Position numbers and translations under genes: made by a program
Shown here: positions 23,025 through 37,959 of the stretch, piece by piece
How positions within the stretch are numbered: the stretch's first letter is position 1
How the letters are laid out: every line of letters begins with the position of its first letter
Notes under the pieces: model-generated
Told to the model about the DNA's origin: nothing
Databases searched by the model: none
What the model saw: only the letters and a program-made list of their open reading frames with translations
NCBI GenBank assembly: GCA_015680685.1
Contig: MNCI01003445.1
Location: 189,776 to 253,775, forward strand
Length of the DNA: 64,000 nucleotides
Source: Gnetum montanum
Lineage: Eukaryota; Plantae; Gnetophyta
Direction: 5' to 3'

Positions 23025-25270
23025 CATGGTATCGTCTTCACTTTGTGTAAACTGAAGTACAAAGCATAAACTTTGTTTCACATCTTCAGTTTGACGTAGC
23101 CTTCACCTCCACCACTATATTGCTATTTATATTTTACCTCCAAATTTGCCTTTCCAAATTTTAACATAAAAGAATCTCATTAGTGTTTTGTTGAGCATAT
23201 TCATGTTGTTCATGTGCAATTCTATTTCTGTGAAAGTAAACAAAACCATCATTGTGTTGACACATTTGAGAAGTGTACACAAGAAATAAGATACTATATG
23301 TTCCATGCGTGGCAAGTGAGAAATTTTCATTGAAGTTGAGTTATGAAGAAAAAATGTTTTACGTTTGTTAGAGTAAAATAAATTATAGTTGAATACACAT
23401 GAGCCAGCTACCAAGAAATAACTTATAACGAGTTGATTTGAAAGTCAAGTAATATCCGTCAAATGCCATGGCGGTACCAAAGATAGAAGCACTTGCTATT
23501 TGTGAAAATGGATGCACATTAGAGTTTAACATTTTCTGTAAGTTTGTGGTCTGCAACTTGGAGCCTCCCCTTTTGACAAAGTAGAGTTTGTACACACACA
23601 AACACCAATGGACAACGACAGAGAGAGATAGAGTGAGTGCGGGCTGAATTTGAAATTGAAAATTGAAATGACATGGTGTCTGTGCTAGTGTCTACACTAG
23701 TGCCTTGGTGTGTAGCTATGGTGTGATCATGATCATGATTGTGTTGGTGGTGCATGCAACACATGGTTAAAAACGACTAGTACTAGTACTAATGCTGTTA
23801 ATTGCATGTTGGTGTCCTAGCTTGGCTCAAGTCTTTTTCCTATAAACTGCTCTTCCCATGGCCACCTTCTAGGCATTCTCATCAATGGCTTTGTTAATGT
23901 TGTAGCTTAGAAGCACTCAACTGCTCCAACGACACAAATGTCTCGTATTAATGGTCAGGTCTTTAATGTATTGAATTTGAATTTTTCATTACTTGGATAA
24001 TGTCATTTCATACCATACATATTTATGAAAAAATACCTTTAACATAGATTCAATATTTAAACTTTGGATCATTTACTAATTTTGTTTTGTGATTGTTGTT
24101 ACATAAGGAAAAAACGTTATAAACAGAAGCAAAAGATAAGTTTATATATACTTTATACAATATTTAATTTTGATAATTTCAACTTCACTACAAATGAATT
24201 CTATATTGCATTTATATATATATGGAATGTTTTGAATGGTTACGTTGTTAATGATTTCTTATGTATATTGATTTTCTTTCTTTCCTTTCTTGTTTAAGTA
24301 TTAACATAACTGAATGTAATAAAATGCAATAGACAATATTTTTGTTTTGTATGTTTTTGATAATTATATTTTGAATGATTAAAATTAATTTAAAAAATCA
24401 TTTTTTTTATTTTTGATTTTTATACTATGGATGCATAGATTTTGGTTACATCAACACCTAAGGAAAAACTTATTTGAAAAGACTACTGCCTAGGGTACCT
24501 CCCATATGGGAATGGAAACCTAGGAATAGTCTTAGCTAAAAAAGGCTATGTGGCCTTTTAAAAATAGTAAACCAAACTAAAAAATCTAGACTTTAAATTG
24601 AATGATTCAATTAAATACAATAAGTAACTAAAAGAAATAAATTTTCCCTAGTCCTGTTGATGCTGCCAGTGGTATCTACTGTCCAGCAGGAAGAGGGAGA
24701 GAGAAGAAGCTAGATCTTGCATCACCACTTGGTGTGCACGCTTGCTACTATCTACTACTGCAACACTACAATAAGAGAGAGAGAAATCTATTCTTGCTAC
24801 TCACTATCATCATTATGTACTTGAGAGAGCAAGGGAGGGAAAACTATTGTGGACAAGAGAAGAGGGGAGACCATGACATCAGTAGTCTGTTTTCATCTAC
24901 TACCTCACATCCACCAAAAATGAATAAAATAGAACTATAGAACCCACTTGCCACTACTGGTGTAGCTACCAACACTGCTCTCGCACCTACTGGTGGCACA
25001 GAGAGAGGAATCTTTTATAGCCACTACCCTCCTTCTAGTGCCAAAAATGTGTTGATGCATAAATTTTGAATGCACCAGCACATGGGGAAGAACTCGTTTG
25101 AGGAGACTATTGCCTAGGATGCCTCCCATATGGAAACAAAAATCCAAAAATAGTCTCAATTGGAAAGGGCTATGTGGCCTTTTGAAAATAGTTTTAAAAA
25201 ATGGGAATTTTAATAGAATGAGTGTCTTGAATTCAAGAATACAAAAGGTAACCAAAATAAATTTTCCCTG
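23025..25270. repeat. Duplicated FAD upstream region (paralogous to about 15730-18196)
   Basis: Long colinear blocks, e.g. 24130-24400 vs 16570-16840 and 24650-25010 vs 17090-17450. Confidence 0.92.
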
Positions 25271-25553
25271 CTTCCTGACTCTTGTCGTCATTCGCCATTG
25301 ATCTATTGCAGATGCTACCACAACCAACACTACTTGTAGCTACTAGAGGAGGAAGAGAGAAAGAAGAGGTTGGATGAAGAGGCCCACTGATGCATCTCTA
25401 ATGCATTGACAAGATGTGTGCCATCACCAGCTCAAGATAGAAAATTTGTCCTTGTTTGGAGAACCCTGCTACAGATGCACCGCTTGTCAAAAATAGAATG
25501 GAACTGTACAACGTGTGCTTGCAACTACTACTATCAACTGCTACAACACCGTA

Positions 25554-25555
<2 letters not shown>

Positions 25556-25600
<45 letters not shown>
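25556..25600. repeat. (AG)n microsatellite
   Basis: About 22 AG units. Confidence 0.97.
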
Positions 25601-25603
<3 letters not shown>

Positions 25604-27767
25604 AGCCACCAGATCCCACTATCATGTGCCAGTAGATACATTATTATCTTTAGTCCTACATTTTCCATCATCACGAGTTTGTTGTGAAAAGGAAAAAGAA
25701 AACCATTGGCTCTTGGTTTCCTACTGAGATTTTTGACCATCGTCCATGTTGATCTGCCACTACTGATTGTCATCTATCTGTTGCCAAAAATAAAGAAACA
25801 AGACTACAGAACCTGCCTACCACACCTGTCATCCATGTGTGTCAGCTGCACCACTGTCACCCCAAGAAAAATAGAAGAATAAAGAGAAAAAACCACCATC
25901 TGCTAGTTTCTCAACCTCTAGAAACCCCCCTACCCATCTACATGTGTCTCAATGGAGAGAGATGCAGTTGTTCAAGAAGAGATCATGATTTGTTAAGGAG
26001 GTCCTTCTTGTTTAAATGACATCAATTAGAGTCCATGGTAACTAGACAAACAGCAAGTAAAGGGGGTTGTGCTTTTAAAGCTTTCCACAAAATTTCTACA
26101 GAACATGATGTGAAGAAGTATCATTAAATTTGATGGTAAGAGTTTGGTTTGGCCCGCATACATATGTGTTTGACTTTTGGACCTCAAATTCTATGATAGT
26201 GCATAAAGTATATGTTGATGGATATTTAAAGCTTATGTAATGTACATGTTGCTTTACCTCCAAAATATTTTTTTAGACTTGATCTTTATTTCACTATGTA
26301 AGCTCCAATGTTTTTACGAAGCACACATATGTACAAGATTCAACAACATAAAAATTTGCTACCTTTGTTTCTATGTCTAACATGATTTTAACAAGCTCTA
26401 AAGGATCAATTTCGACAACCTTTTTAAACTTTTAACAGCTATTTTCTTTTGAAACTTCAAATGCCCAAGTGGGGGCTACAAGGATTTTTGTGAATTATCC
26501 CAACAAAGACATTCATCATTAACCCTATCCTTCATGATGACTAATGTTTTGTTTTATTTTGAAATGGGAAGGGAAAGGAGGGTGTTTTGTTTAATCACAA
26601 ATTGTAAGCTACACACTCTAAATAGCAAAGTATTGCCTAACTAACCTTAAATGTTTGATTTTAACTTTATCACTATTGATGAATAAATGCCTATTGGTGA
26701 AGATAGTAAATTAATAGGAATTTTTAATTTTCATGGTATTTGAACATATTTAAACATGGCCCTATGCTTAGCATGGGCAAGGTTGACACCAACATATACT
26801 AGCAAGGATCTAGCTAAAATTAGCTTTCTTCTTAATGCTTATTCATTTTCAAATTAATTTTTCTACTAAGATAAAATGTTGATAATGCTATAATGTTGAG
26901 GATATTTGTAATATTGTATTAATGTGTTCTTATTAGCATCATTTTGCATATTGTATTTATGATTTTTGGATAAATTTATGTGTTATCATTTAAAATCCAA
27001 ATATGGATCATTATTCCATTGTATGTTGATTTCAATTTTTTATGATGTGATGACATGCTACATATGGTATGAGACATGATATGTATTTAAAATCATAACA
27101 GAAAAAAATGTATAATGTATTAGCTATGTTATGTTGATAAGTTTTCTAGCTTCTAAGGAAGAGCATTAATATCTCCATTTAGCGAGAAAAGGGTATCTCC
27201 CCACATGCTATCCTTCCCTTGCATATGGAGCAAAGTAGTGACCAAGGTGCCAAATATTGATAACAAATTGTTGCCATTGTTACTATAATTAGGGCTGATT
27301 TGTTTGGCTAACTAGATCCTTAAGTGCTTGTATGTATGTGTATACTCAAATGAAAGTATCATGAACTCAAAGATTTCATAATTTTTCTTAAGAAAACCAG
27401 GTGGGTTAGCTAAGGATCCTACGATTCACCCACTCAAAAACCATGTAAAATAAATAGTTTAATAATACAAGAGATGGGATCTTTCCTAAAGAATTATGAA
27501 AGGTCTAATGACTCTCTTAAATATAACCATGGGGGCACTTGGTAATGATTAATACGTGAGTATAATGAAGCAAATTTTTATCTTCTTTAGGGTATTGGAT
27601 ATAAAGCATCTACTTTGTATAGAAAAGATCATGGGTTGATTTTTTTACCATGTTGACATTGCAAACATAAAAATGGATGAATTTATGTGTATATATATTT
27701 TCTTGATTTTTATATGTATATAAAGAAATTTTAAATAAATAAAGATTCAACTTTTCATAATCTTAAA

Positions 27768-27838
27768 TAAAGAGAATGGAAAAAAAAACATATGTAGTTG
27801 GCCCCATTTTATTGGGACAAAGGTTAGGATGATGATAA
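27768..27838 (+). mobile_element. 3' terminus of an RTE-type LINE or related SINE (second copy at about 45115-45168)
   Basis: atgtagttggccccattttattgggacaaaggttaggatgatgat resembles the conserved plant RTE 3' stem-loop plus trinucleotide tail. Confidence 0.6.
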
Positions 27839-28537
27839 CATATTTTCTTAATGTCTTTACCTCATTTAAAAGTTGAAACATGTAAATGGGTCAAAATTAT
27901 TGATAAAGAACAAGTATGTTGATTGTAGAATCAAAATAACAATAAAGATAAATACTACCTTTTTCTATAATGCACTACATTCAAGCACATTAGATATAAA
28001 TGGGATATTACAATTACCAATTTAATTGATTTGTTCTAAATGTTTTAAAGAACATTTAGTAACATTCTTAATGATCTTTTCTAAACTCATAGAATGAATA
28101 ATTCTATAGTCAAATATATCCAATAGATCAATGGGTCTATAGACATGATAAAATTTTAGTTTTACTATTTAGGGTAAGCAAAAGATTTGATGATTTTACT
28201 ATGGGCTAAACATTACAAGCCTTTATTTCTCCACATTTGCCAATGACAAGTAGCTTAAGTGATTAGCACATTATTTTCTTAAGCAAGATATTATCAGTTT
28301 GAGTCACACTCAAGGTATCGTTATATGTTTATCATATTCTAGTATATATAGGAGCTCATCTTTCATATCTCATTATTCTTTTCTCATTTTATATTTCATG
28401 ATGTGTGTGTTTTAATTCACATTGTAATGCAAAGTGTAGCTCACATATGTAAAAAATTTTCTAAAATGGAAAATTTTGGATGTAAGGCATAATAGCTCCA
28501 TAACATGCCTAAAGGAAAACATTTTAGTCAACCTTGA

Positions 28538-31500
28538 TGATGAGCAGTGGAGTAACCCTATACCCGACCATATGAATCACAAGTTTTCACATAGAATCTC
28601 ATCAAATTTTGTAGATTTAGGATTAGTTAGATGCCTTAGATAGCCAAGTGTTAAGATGCTAATCTTGTCTTCCCAATCACACTTGTATGACTCAAGTTAT
28701 ATGGTTAAGTGTGACTAAGGCATATGATTATATTTTTAATTATTAAATTATTTAACGTATTAAAATATTGAAATATTAACCTAACTAATCTAAATATAAA
28801 AAGGGAATCTAATCCAGCCTAGCATAGAGCATTTGTTCCTGACTTTTTGTACATATCTTGAACATGTGATAATGCTACTAAGTTACCAAGTATTCCATTG
28901 TTGGACGTACCAAGTGATTTACTACTGGGATTATCAAGCATTTATATGTTTATGCTTGAAATCAGTCATACTCATACAATATTTAACTACTTGCATGAAA
29001 AGTAAAGGAATGTTTAAAGTAAACTATAAGAAATGAAATTAAAATATTAGCTAAGGACTACAATGGATAGAATAAATCTCAATTTTATCACCATCATGCC
29101 AATGTATCTAGATATATTATGCACTCAAATAAAACTTTGTAAAATCTACTCAATCCATACTATAGACACTCAAAGGGAAAAATAGTCTAACTTTATAGAA
29201 GAAAACTATAAGAGTTTACCTACTAGGTAACCAAAAGGTACCATAAATGTGGTAGGTGCATTCATGTATATAGGTGTGTATTTAGACTATACAGTAAGGG
29301 CTACATTGACATTAATGCATCAATATAGCCACATCAACAAAGCATTGATGTATTTGATCAAAACACTTTTCACCATACTCCTACAACTAACTAACAAATC
29401 ATACTTGAGTGTAAAAAATTAGGATAGAGTTTTTTTACACAATTGGAGAAGTATGAGACTAATTGATTAACTGACTAATAGACTTAAGCATCATATCACA
29501 AAAAAAATTATTTAAGAGCTTACACTTTGACATTTAATAAAATTAAACATTTTATCAAAATTTAGCTTTAGTCATCATGTACAAAATTTTTCCAAGGTAG
29601 ATGCATTAGTTATGCTAGTAGGTGATGGCTCCTATGGTTCTTGCAGTAGATCTTCATGTCTTGGCCATTGTTGTGAGCCTATTGTTGATATTGCTTCTTT
29701 TTGTAGTCTGAATGTGTCTAGTTGCACCTTCATCTTCTCTTCCTTGTTTCTAGGGTTGTTAATTTTTGAGGCAATGTCACATAGGGTTGTTGATATTAGT
29801 ACATCCTAGGGGCAAGGAAAAGTAGAGAACATCTCCTTGAATTAACAAACCAAATAACACTTTGTTTGTGTTCAATGTTAAACACTCTCACTATGTTCTT
29901 TAGCTTCAATTAGTCTACCATTCTTGTAGCCAAGTTCTCTACAAGTATTCATTGATATTTGAATTTAGCTTTAAGAACATTAAGCTTACACTAGCAATTT
30001 CTAAATTCTATTTAGTCTCTTTGTGGAGCTTAAACTCATCCTTATATAAGAGGTATGAGTTGGCAATCTATTTTTCCAGTTCTAACTTTAACATTCCAAC
30101 AAAAAGAATTGTTAGATTAACATATCGCAAGTTGGCAAGCTCCATGTATTTAGTGATCTCTTTAATTTGCAACTCTTTCATGAGTAATTCTACCTTGTTG
30201 TATGCATTGATTCCATCAAAGATGGATTGCCATGCATCACATTATTATCAAAGTTATTAGAGGGTGTCATTCATTTTTTCCTTAGTAAGTCAAATTTCCT
30301 TTTCATTTACCTTATTTAACATGCCAACTTGATTATTGTAATGATTTTTAACCTTTTCATATTTTAGAGCCTCATTCTATTAGATAGAAATCTCAATTGC
30401 TAACTTCTGTCTAATTGCATAAATCTTCTTCATTGAGAGATTCTTATTCTTAGCTACCAGCCTCCTTACATCTCGATTTACTTTAGCTTGTTGCTTCTGC
30501 TAGTACTTAAGATATTCTTCTAATTATTCTTTTTATTTTTCCACCTTAAGTAGTCTTCAATTTTTTCTTAGTCAACTCTTTATTTTCTTGATGGATTTAG
30601 ATAATATCGTTATTTGTAGTATTATCGTGACATCTAATAGTGATGCATTCAAAACAATCCTTTCTTTATCATCTTTGATCTTCTTTAGTTTCTTTTGAAG
30701 CTGTTGGAAGGCTTCATCTCTTATTAGCTTTAGTCAAAGAATTGCAAGGTCAAACAAGCAAGCTCTTAGCTACATAACTTTTGCTACCAACTATTCATTA
30801 AGATTGGTAGCTTTATGCAGTTATGATTTGGTGACTAGAAGCTTTTCAATTATCTCCAAAAGCTCAGAATAGATTGCTAAAATGTCTTTTAAAATGTTAA
30901 AAAATTTCTGGCAGTGTTTGTCCAACTCCCACTACTCTTTCTAGCACCTCCTTATGATATGTAATTATCATTCCCCTAGATCCAGTTCCTATAGATATTT
31001 GGATGTATACCATGGCAACAAGATTAGGTATAGGTGCTACAAGAGCCTTTAGGACTTTACTAATATGATCTACCACCACCTAATTAGCTATTTATTATCC
31101 CTTATGTGACATGATAATCATTGATACATCTTACCCTTCTTCTAGTACCACTAAGGAGGCTATAATGTTGCTTGAAATCTCTAGGACTTATTTTGAAGGT
31201 AGGGATACTAAAACTTCTTCTATGGTAGGATTGGCACACATAATGGCTTGATTCCTCTATGCTAAGAAGAGATTGACCAAATTATCCTACGATTAATTGA
31301 TGGCCATTGTGACCTCATTCAAGTGGCTTATGGCCATATGATAGTTTGATGTCTCACCACTAGGTGCTTGATACTATTGTTCTCTGAGTTTTCTTATGCA
31401 CTCATCTATGTTTGCAATATATTTGGTTAGTGGTGATGGTGATACTTCTTCTTTCTAAAGGCTTGGAGGTGGATTCTCCTTTACGATTTCTTGTCATAAT

Positions 31501-31969
31501 GTAGCTAGGACTCTTTAGAGCATGTCATTGGCATAGTGAGTAATTGCTTTCATTCTATAGAGTTTTCAAATTAAGCATGGAAAGGAGAGTGTCTTCCTAC
31601 CCTTTTCATTCTCTTTAAAGTGCATCTTAATCTTTAAAAAGATCAACTAGGATAGGTTGATGGGAAACTTCCCACTAAGAGCCATGCATGCCATTATAAA
31701 GAAGAATGTCATCTTGGTGGGCCATATTATAGGATTGAGATGATATATCACTATCTTAAAGTAGATATGTTCTATCATTGTTAGGATGTTATACTCATTG
31801 TGATCAATGTAATAACATTGTTGGGTTCATTTCCATTTTATTTTTGAATTAGATTATGTAGATATATCCACAAGCTTTGCCCCCTCATTGGGAAATTCCA
31901 AAGTCTCCATAATGACCTCCACCAAGTAAAAAATGGTAATGTCTTTGATATTCACTATGGTGTCTCCTT
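28538..31969 (-). mobile_element. Truncated Athila-like element: 3' LTR (28538-29375) and most of the extra (env-like) ORF
   Basis: LTR homologous to 32056-32926. 29376-31969 is colinear with about 32927-35560, then stops abruptly. Confidence 0.8.
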
Positions 31970-32055
31970 AGCGTAGCCTCCACCATCATATTTGCTATTT
32001 ATATTTTACCTTCAAATTTTACTTTAAAAATTTTAACATAAAATAATTTCATTAG

Positions 32056-32926
32056 TGATGAATATCAGGTATTCCCTATGCTTAACCATATGAATCACAA
32101 GTATGTATGCATAATCTGGTCATTTTTTGTGGATTTATTTACCTAAGTAACGAATATTCCTAGATAATAAATTACATAGTTGTGAGTTGTTATCTTTCCA
32201 ATTCATACTTATGTTAATCTATGCATATGGCTAAGCATAGTTGAGGAAAAAGACATTTATTTTTATGCTTTTTGTTATTTTCTCCTACTTGCTAAATGAT
32301 TAAGTAAATAAATATTTAATTTTTAAATTAACTAACTAATTAACTACTTCATTAACTAATTAGCCTAACATAGAGTATCTGTTCCTACTTGTAGTACACA
32401 TCCTACATGGATATTAATTCCACTAGGTTATCGAGTATATACTACTAAGCATACCAAGTATCAACTATTGAGATTACCAAGTGTTAGTATATTATGTTCG
32501 AAGTGGTCATACTTATGTTACTTATGAACTATAATATTAATTGCTTAATAACAAGCATGTAAATTGCATGTAAAGTATATTGTTGAAAAGAAGAATTCTG
32601 CTAGTCCAAGTGTTGCAATGGATAGAAGAAATCTTGATTTTATTTCTGTTCATGCAAATATGTCCAAGTATAGGTGCACTTGAGTAAAATGCCATACAAT
32701 CACTTGAATCCAGGCTACTGGCACTTAGAGGAAAAAATATTCTAACTTCTATGAAAAAAACTGCAAGAGTTTGGCTAGGCTATGATCAATAGGTATCATA
32801 AATGTAAGGGGTATGCACATTTATATAGGTAATTCCTATATCAATATCAATGTACGTACATCAATGCATCATAAGATACATCAATAGGTATGTGTTGATG
32901 CAACTTGTCTTATTGATGCTTTATCA
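32056..32926 (-). repeat. 3' LTR of the Athila-like element
   Basis: Direct repeat of 43715-44600; adjacent PPT-like tract (minus strand ctcaaggatgagtttttaaaaaattttggggata). Confidence 0.88.
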
Positions 32927-33099
32927 TATCCCCAAAATTTTTTAAAAACTCATCCTTGAGTGAACAAAATTAGGATCAAGTTTCTTACAAAATTTAAGGA
33001 AGTATGGAACTTTATTGACTAATTGACTAACTAATAACTTTAGGTGTTGTATTATACAGATTAAAAAAGTGAGTGCAATTTACAACAAAAAATTGAATA

Positions 33100-36005
33100 C
33101 TTAAAGAAAATTTTGTAGGCACTTGTTGAATATATGGAGGTATGATGAAATCTCACATAGAGCGTAGAGGTGGAGGCTCTTATGGCTCAGATGGTCCTTC
33201 ATCACATCTCAGTGTTGCTGGAGGATGAGGTTACCTTGATGCTACCATTGCTACTACTAGAAGTTTAAACACATCCAAGAGTGTTATTAGTTTCTCTTTC
33301 TTGCTTTGTGGATTGTATATGGTCCAAATTTCTTTACCTAGATTAGATGTTGTAAGAATGTCCCATAGGCATGGCAACAAAGGAAAGATCTTTTTCATGT
33401 TGATGAACTAAACTACAAATGTTTTATGTTTAATATTGAATGTCTTGAAAAGGTTCTGAAACTCTTGGTAGTCATTCATCCTTCTCACCAAGTTCTCAAC
33501 ATTAGGTCATTGATTGGTGAACCTACTTTTGAGAACTTCAAGCTTCATTTTGACTATCTTCAACTTTTGTTTTGTGTCCTTGTGTAGCTTGAATTCTACC
33601 TCATAGAGAAGGTAGGTGATTATGAACTACTTTTCCAATTCACTTCATGGCCTTGCTACTATCAACATTGACAAGTTTGCATAGTAGAGGTTGGAAAGCT
33701 CTATGTACTTGGCCATCTCCTTGATTTGCAACTTCTTTAGGTAGATTTCTGGCTAATTGTATGTGTTCAGTCCATCAAAGATGGGCTACCATGCATTACC
33801 TCTTTATTGGAGTTGCTAGATAGGCTTGTTCATCTTTACCTTTTTTAATTTTATCTCATTTTTGTTGATCTCCTTGAGTATTCCAACTTTATCCCTTTAG
33901 TATTCCTTTAATTTCTCAAATTTTAGGGCCTCATTCTTCTAAGTGATTATCTCAATCATAGTCCTCTAGTGAAGGGCATGGACCTCCTCCATTGAGAGAT
34001 TTCTATTTTTGATTATCAATCTCCTCGTATCCAATTTTACCTTAACAAGCTACTCTTACTACTAGCAGATGTATTTTACCATTTTGTCCTTTTGTTGCTT
34101 AGCATTTGATAGATGATGGTTGTATTTGGTGAGGACCAGGTTCTCCTTATAAACTTGCAATAGGTCTTTGTCAATGTTATTTTCCATGGCCTTTGACACG
34201 AATGTATCGAAAATTGACATCTCCTTCTCATTCTTGCCCTCTTGATATTTTTGTTAAAGCTATTGGAAAGCTTCATCTCATGTTAGCTCAATCTAGAGAA
34301 TGGTAGGATCTGAGAGATGGAATCATAGTTCTACAACTTTGATGACCAACCATAGATTGGTCATGGTGGCCTCCTCAAGTTGTGCATTAGTAATAAGTAA
34401 CTTGCCTCTTATCTCTAATATTTGTGATTGGTTTGTAGTGATATCATTCAGAAGATTGTAGATCTCTAGAAGTAATTACCTGGCTTCCACTAGTCTTTCC
34501 AACACTTCTTTGTGTTTCGTAGCACTCATCTAGCTACTTCCTACTCTTGCTAATGCATGGATATTTTTACTGGAAGCAATATATGATATAGATGCAACAA
34601 GAGCATTGAGGAAGATTGTAACTTTATTAGCCACCATCTCCATTGCTATCTCCTGGGTCTTGTGTGGTATTACTAAGATTGGTATCCATCTTCCTTCATC
34701 CAACATGATAGAGAAGGTTGTTGTATTTTTCAAAAGTTAAGGAAATTCTTGTTCAAGACTAGACATAGTAACCTCCCTAGTACTTGGATTATACCTCATG
34801 AGTACCTAGTTTTATTGTGTAGAGAATGGTGGTGTCGTCTTACTGTCCAACCAATTGATGATCCTTACGATCTCATTTAAGTGGCTCATGGCTGGATGGT
34901 AGATAGATGATTTTCCATCACCTACAAATTCTTGTTATTATTATAGCTATTTCTCTCAAAGTTTCTTAAGGTACTCAATAGATGAAAGCATCTTTGGTAT
35001 GATTTTTAGGGCTATAGGTGGTGGTGGTAGTGGATGCTCTTCTTCTTGTAGCTTTATTGTAGTCTTTTTCTTTATCATCTCCTAACATGATGTGGTAGGA
35101 ACATGGTTGACCACATTATTAGAGTAGTGGTTTATCCCTCCCCTTTTGTATAACTTTCTAATTAAGAATAGAAAGGGGAGTGTCTTCCGACCCTTCTTAT
35201 TTTCCTTGGAATGCTTCTTGATTTCAAGGAAGATGAACTAGGGTAGGTTAGCAAGGAATTTTATGCTTAGAGCTACACATGCCTTGGCAGAGAAGGCTAT
35301 CACCTTAATTACTCACCATTGGGTTCAAATGATATGTTGTGATCTTAAAGTAAGCTTGTTCCATCTTCATCAAGGCATTGTAATCATTACAATTCACTCC
35401 ATAGCACTATTAGTACCATTCTTTCTTTGTTTTCAGATCTACCTATATGGAAGTTTCTACAATCTTTACCCTAGTATTGTGTAAATGGATGGATTTAGTA
35501 ATGGCTTCCACTGAGTAGGAGATGGTGATATCTTTGATCTTCACCAATGCATATCCTTGTCAATTATTCCAAAGTAGGTAGGTTTCCTCTATGTACCATT
35601 CTCCACTATTGGAGAGAATGGGTCATAGAGGAAACCCTTACAACTATGTTTAATCCTTCTCTAATGCCAACTCTAAGAAGGATCCAAACTTCAAATCCTA
35701 CAAGATAGAACTTGAAATCCTCTTGGTTTTGATCTTCTCTAGGCAAGCTTCTATGAGTGTAACTCTAAGTTAGGTTTGCTCTTAGAGCTTCATCTTACCT
35801 CAATTGGCCTATTTTTGCAATAGGAATCTACCTAAAGAATTTCACTCAAGTTTCTCCAAAAGAGGCCTAGTAGCATGTGTTTCCTCTACTACTTTCTCCT
35901 AGGGTTATTGTTTCTATTGTTGTTGTTGGCTCATTCCTTCTCAAGGTCACTTTTTCCTAGGCTATGATGGTCCTCTCACTTGTGGTTCTCTTTTGGGCAC
36001 CATCT
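33100..36005 (-). pseudogene. Extra env-like ORF of the Athila-like element (plant-transposon-protein-like N-half plus long coiled coil), heavily mutated
   Basis: Translated fragments MVPKREPQVR, ALVKIKDITISYSVEAITKSI, NLP*FIFLEIKKHSKENKKGRKTLPFLFLIRKLY and YKVEFKLHKDTKQKLKIVKMKLEVLK. Homologous stretch in the second copy at 29600-31969. Confidence 0.62.
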
Positions 36006-37959
36006 ACAATCACAAGCATAACCCATGGGTATGTCTATAGTTCATACCGTTTGTTCCTTTGAATACCTTCTTACATTAGATTAGGTTATATTAACTTCTT
36101 AGTATCAAGGATTTATTGTTAAGTTCTTATTTTATGATTGCAGACTAGTGGTATTATTTTATTTCTAGCTAATGGAGTTTGTTTGTCGATCTTCACCCTT
36201 TATGGTTATTAGTTTAATAATATTTTAATATTTTAACCATGGAAGTTAGAAAAATTTCAAAAAAAATTCCAAAAAAAAACAACCTAAGATTTGTGGCCCT
36301 CATGATGTAAAGCCTACCTCTGTTAGCTTGAGGATTTAAAAATGGACAAAATCATATAAAAATTTTGGAAGTTATTATGCTTAGAAGGTTCTTTGACATT
36401 GAAAAATGGCAAAAAAAAAACTCCTCTAGTGCTTTGGAAAAATGGTGAAAATGCGCTAAGTGTTGACACAATTATAGGCTTTTTGTCTTACATGAATGAG
36501 GATGCATTAATGGAGTTACATTAACTTATCCCACTACACTGATGGGAATGCATTGACATAACTATTTGTAGTTATATTTTTCACCTAAAAATGGATGAAT
36601 TTTAGGTGAGTTTTGGGATGACAATAGAGACAAATAGAATTCAAAAAGATGTAGAATGATGGCAACAACATAAAAGAGGATATGTTAAGCCAATTTAAAG
36701 TAATTAGGGTGGATCGAATGAGTTCTTTGAGGATATTCTAATGCTAAATAAATCAAACTAGATGCTATAATACTATCAAGATGATTGATCATGCAAACAA
36801 CCCATGGTTAGGGAGTTTTACTTAAGGTAGACCAAAGAAATGCAAGTGGGTCCTTCCCAAAGTAGGCGTATGCCTATTATGCCCTTGCATACCTTCATCA
36901 CAATGAGGTAGTGAGGTGGTATGAGGTAGTGAGGTGGTAGAAAATGAAATGAGTAAATGATAGAGAGGAGAAATGGTGGATAGATAATCTGCATCTTGGT
37001 CACATGAGATTTTTAGTAAAAATTATGATTTAGGTGATTTGATACTGATCTATTTCAAGTCTTGACCAAATCCATTCCATTTATAGTGATCACACAGTGA
37101 CATATTGCTTCTCTTATATGATCAAAATTTGATGAAAACCCCAAAGGACAACCATTACTCCAAGAGGAAAAGAAAAGAGAAGAAGGAATTAGAGAGGATC
37201 TTAGTTAGAGGGATGTCTTCAAGCATTGGTAACCTATCTTCCCAATCCCATAACTAGTGCTTGTAGCCCATTATTGAGTCTACAAAATGTGCTTTGAATT
37301 CTCATTCTTATTTTTTTATAGAAATCACATCATGCAAAGACATGCTTTTTTTTATGGTTGATAAAAGAAGTGATGATATACCAATGGAGTATCATAGAAC
37401 TTAAGAAGGAAGTTAAGAGACAAACACATCAAATCTCCTTGAGGTCACATCCTTTTCCATTCATATTTGATCCTTTCCTAGTTCGTTGGGTAACAAGATC
37501 ATTGGTTACTTTGAGTTGTAATGTGAAATAACCTTTATGCTCCAAGGATACCAATTTTCCATGAAATGAATGGAATGGTCAAAGGTCATGAACTCACTAC
37601 CTAATACCACCAGAAAATTGATAGATTGTTAGTAGAGAATATAATCCAGGGACAAAATTTGAACTTTTGGTTAATCAATCATAATATTGATTGCTACCTT
37701 GAATAAATTTCCAAAATTTTCCATAGCAATAAACAAAATTAAAGATTTCCAACAAGACTACATGAAATTAAATAAGAAGAAAAGAACATAGGAGAAAAAA
37801 TATATATCATAATCAATAAAATATTAAGAAAAATGAAAAATATATAAAGACTGTTGCAAAACAAAAAGATGAAAAATTAGTTATCCTCATTAAGATGTTT
37901 GGATGGATGGTCATTTCTCCCATGACTAAGTTGAGAGGAGGAGATTTGAAAAATAGAGC

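Noticed and set aside
25398-25773. ORFs with RERERE / SLSLSL tracts
   Set aside because: Translations of the (AG)n microsatellite.
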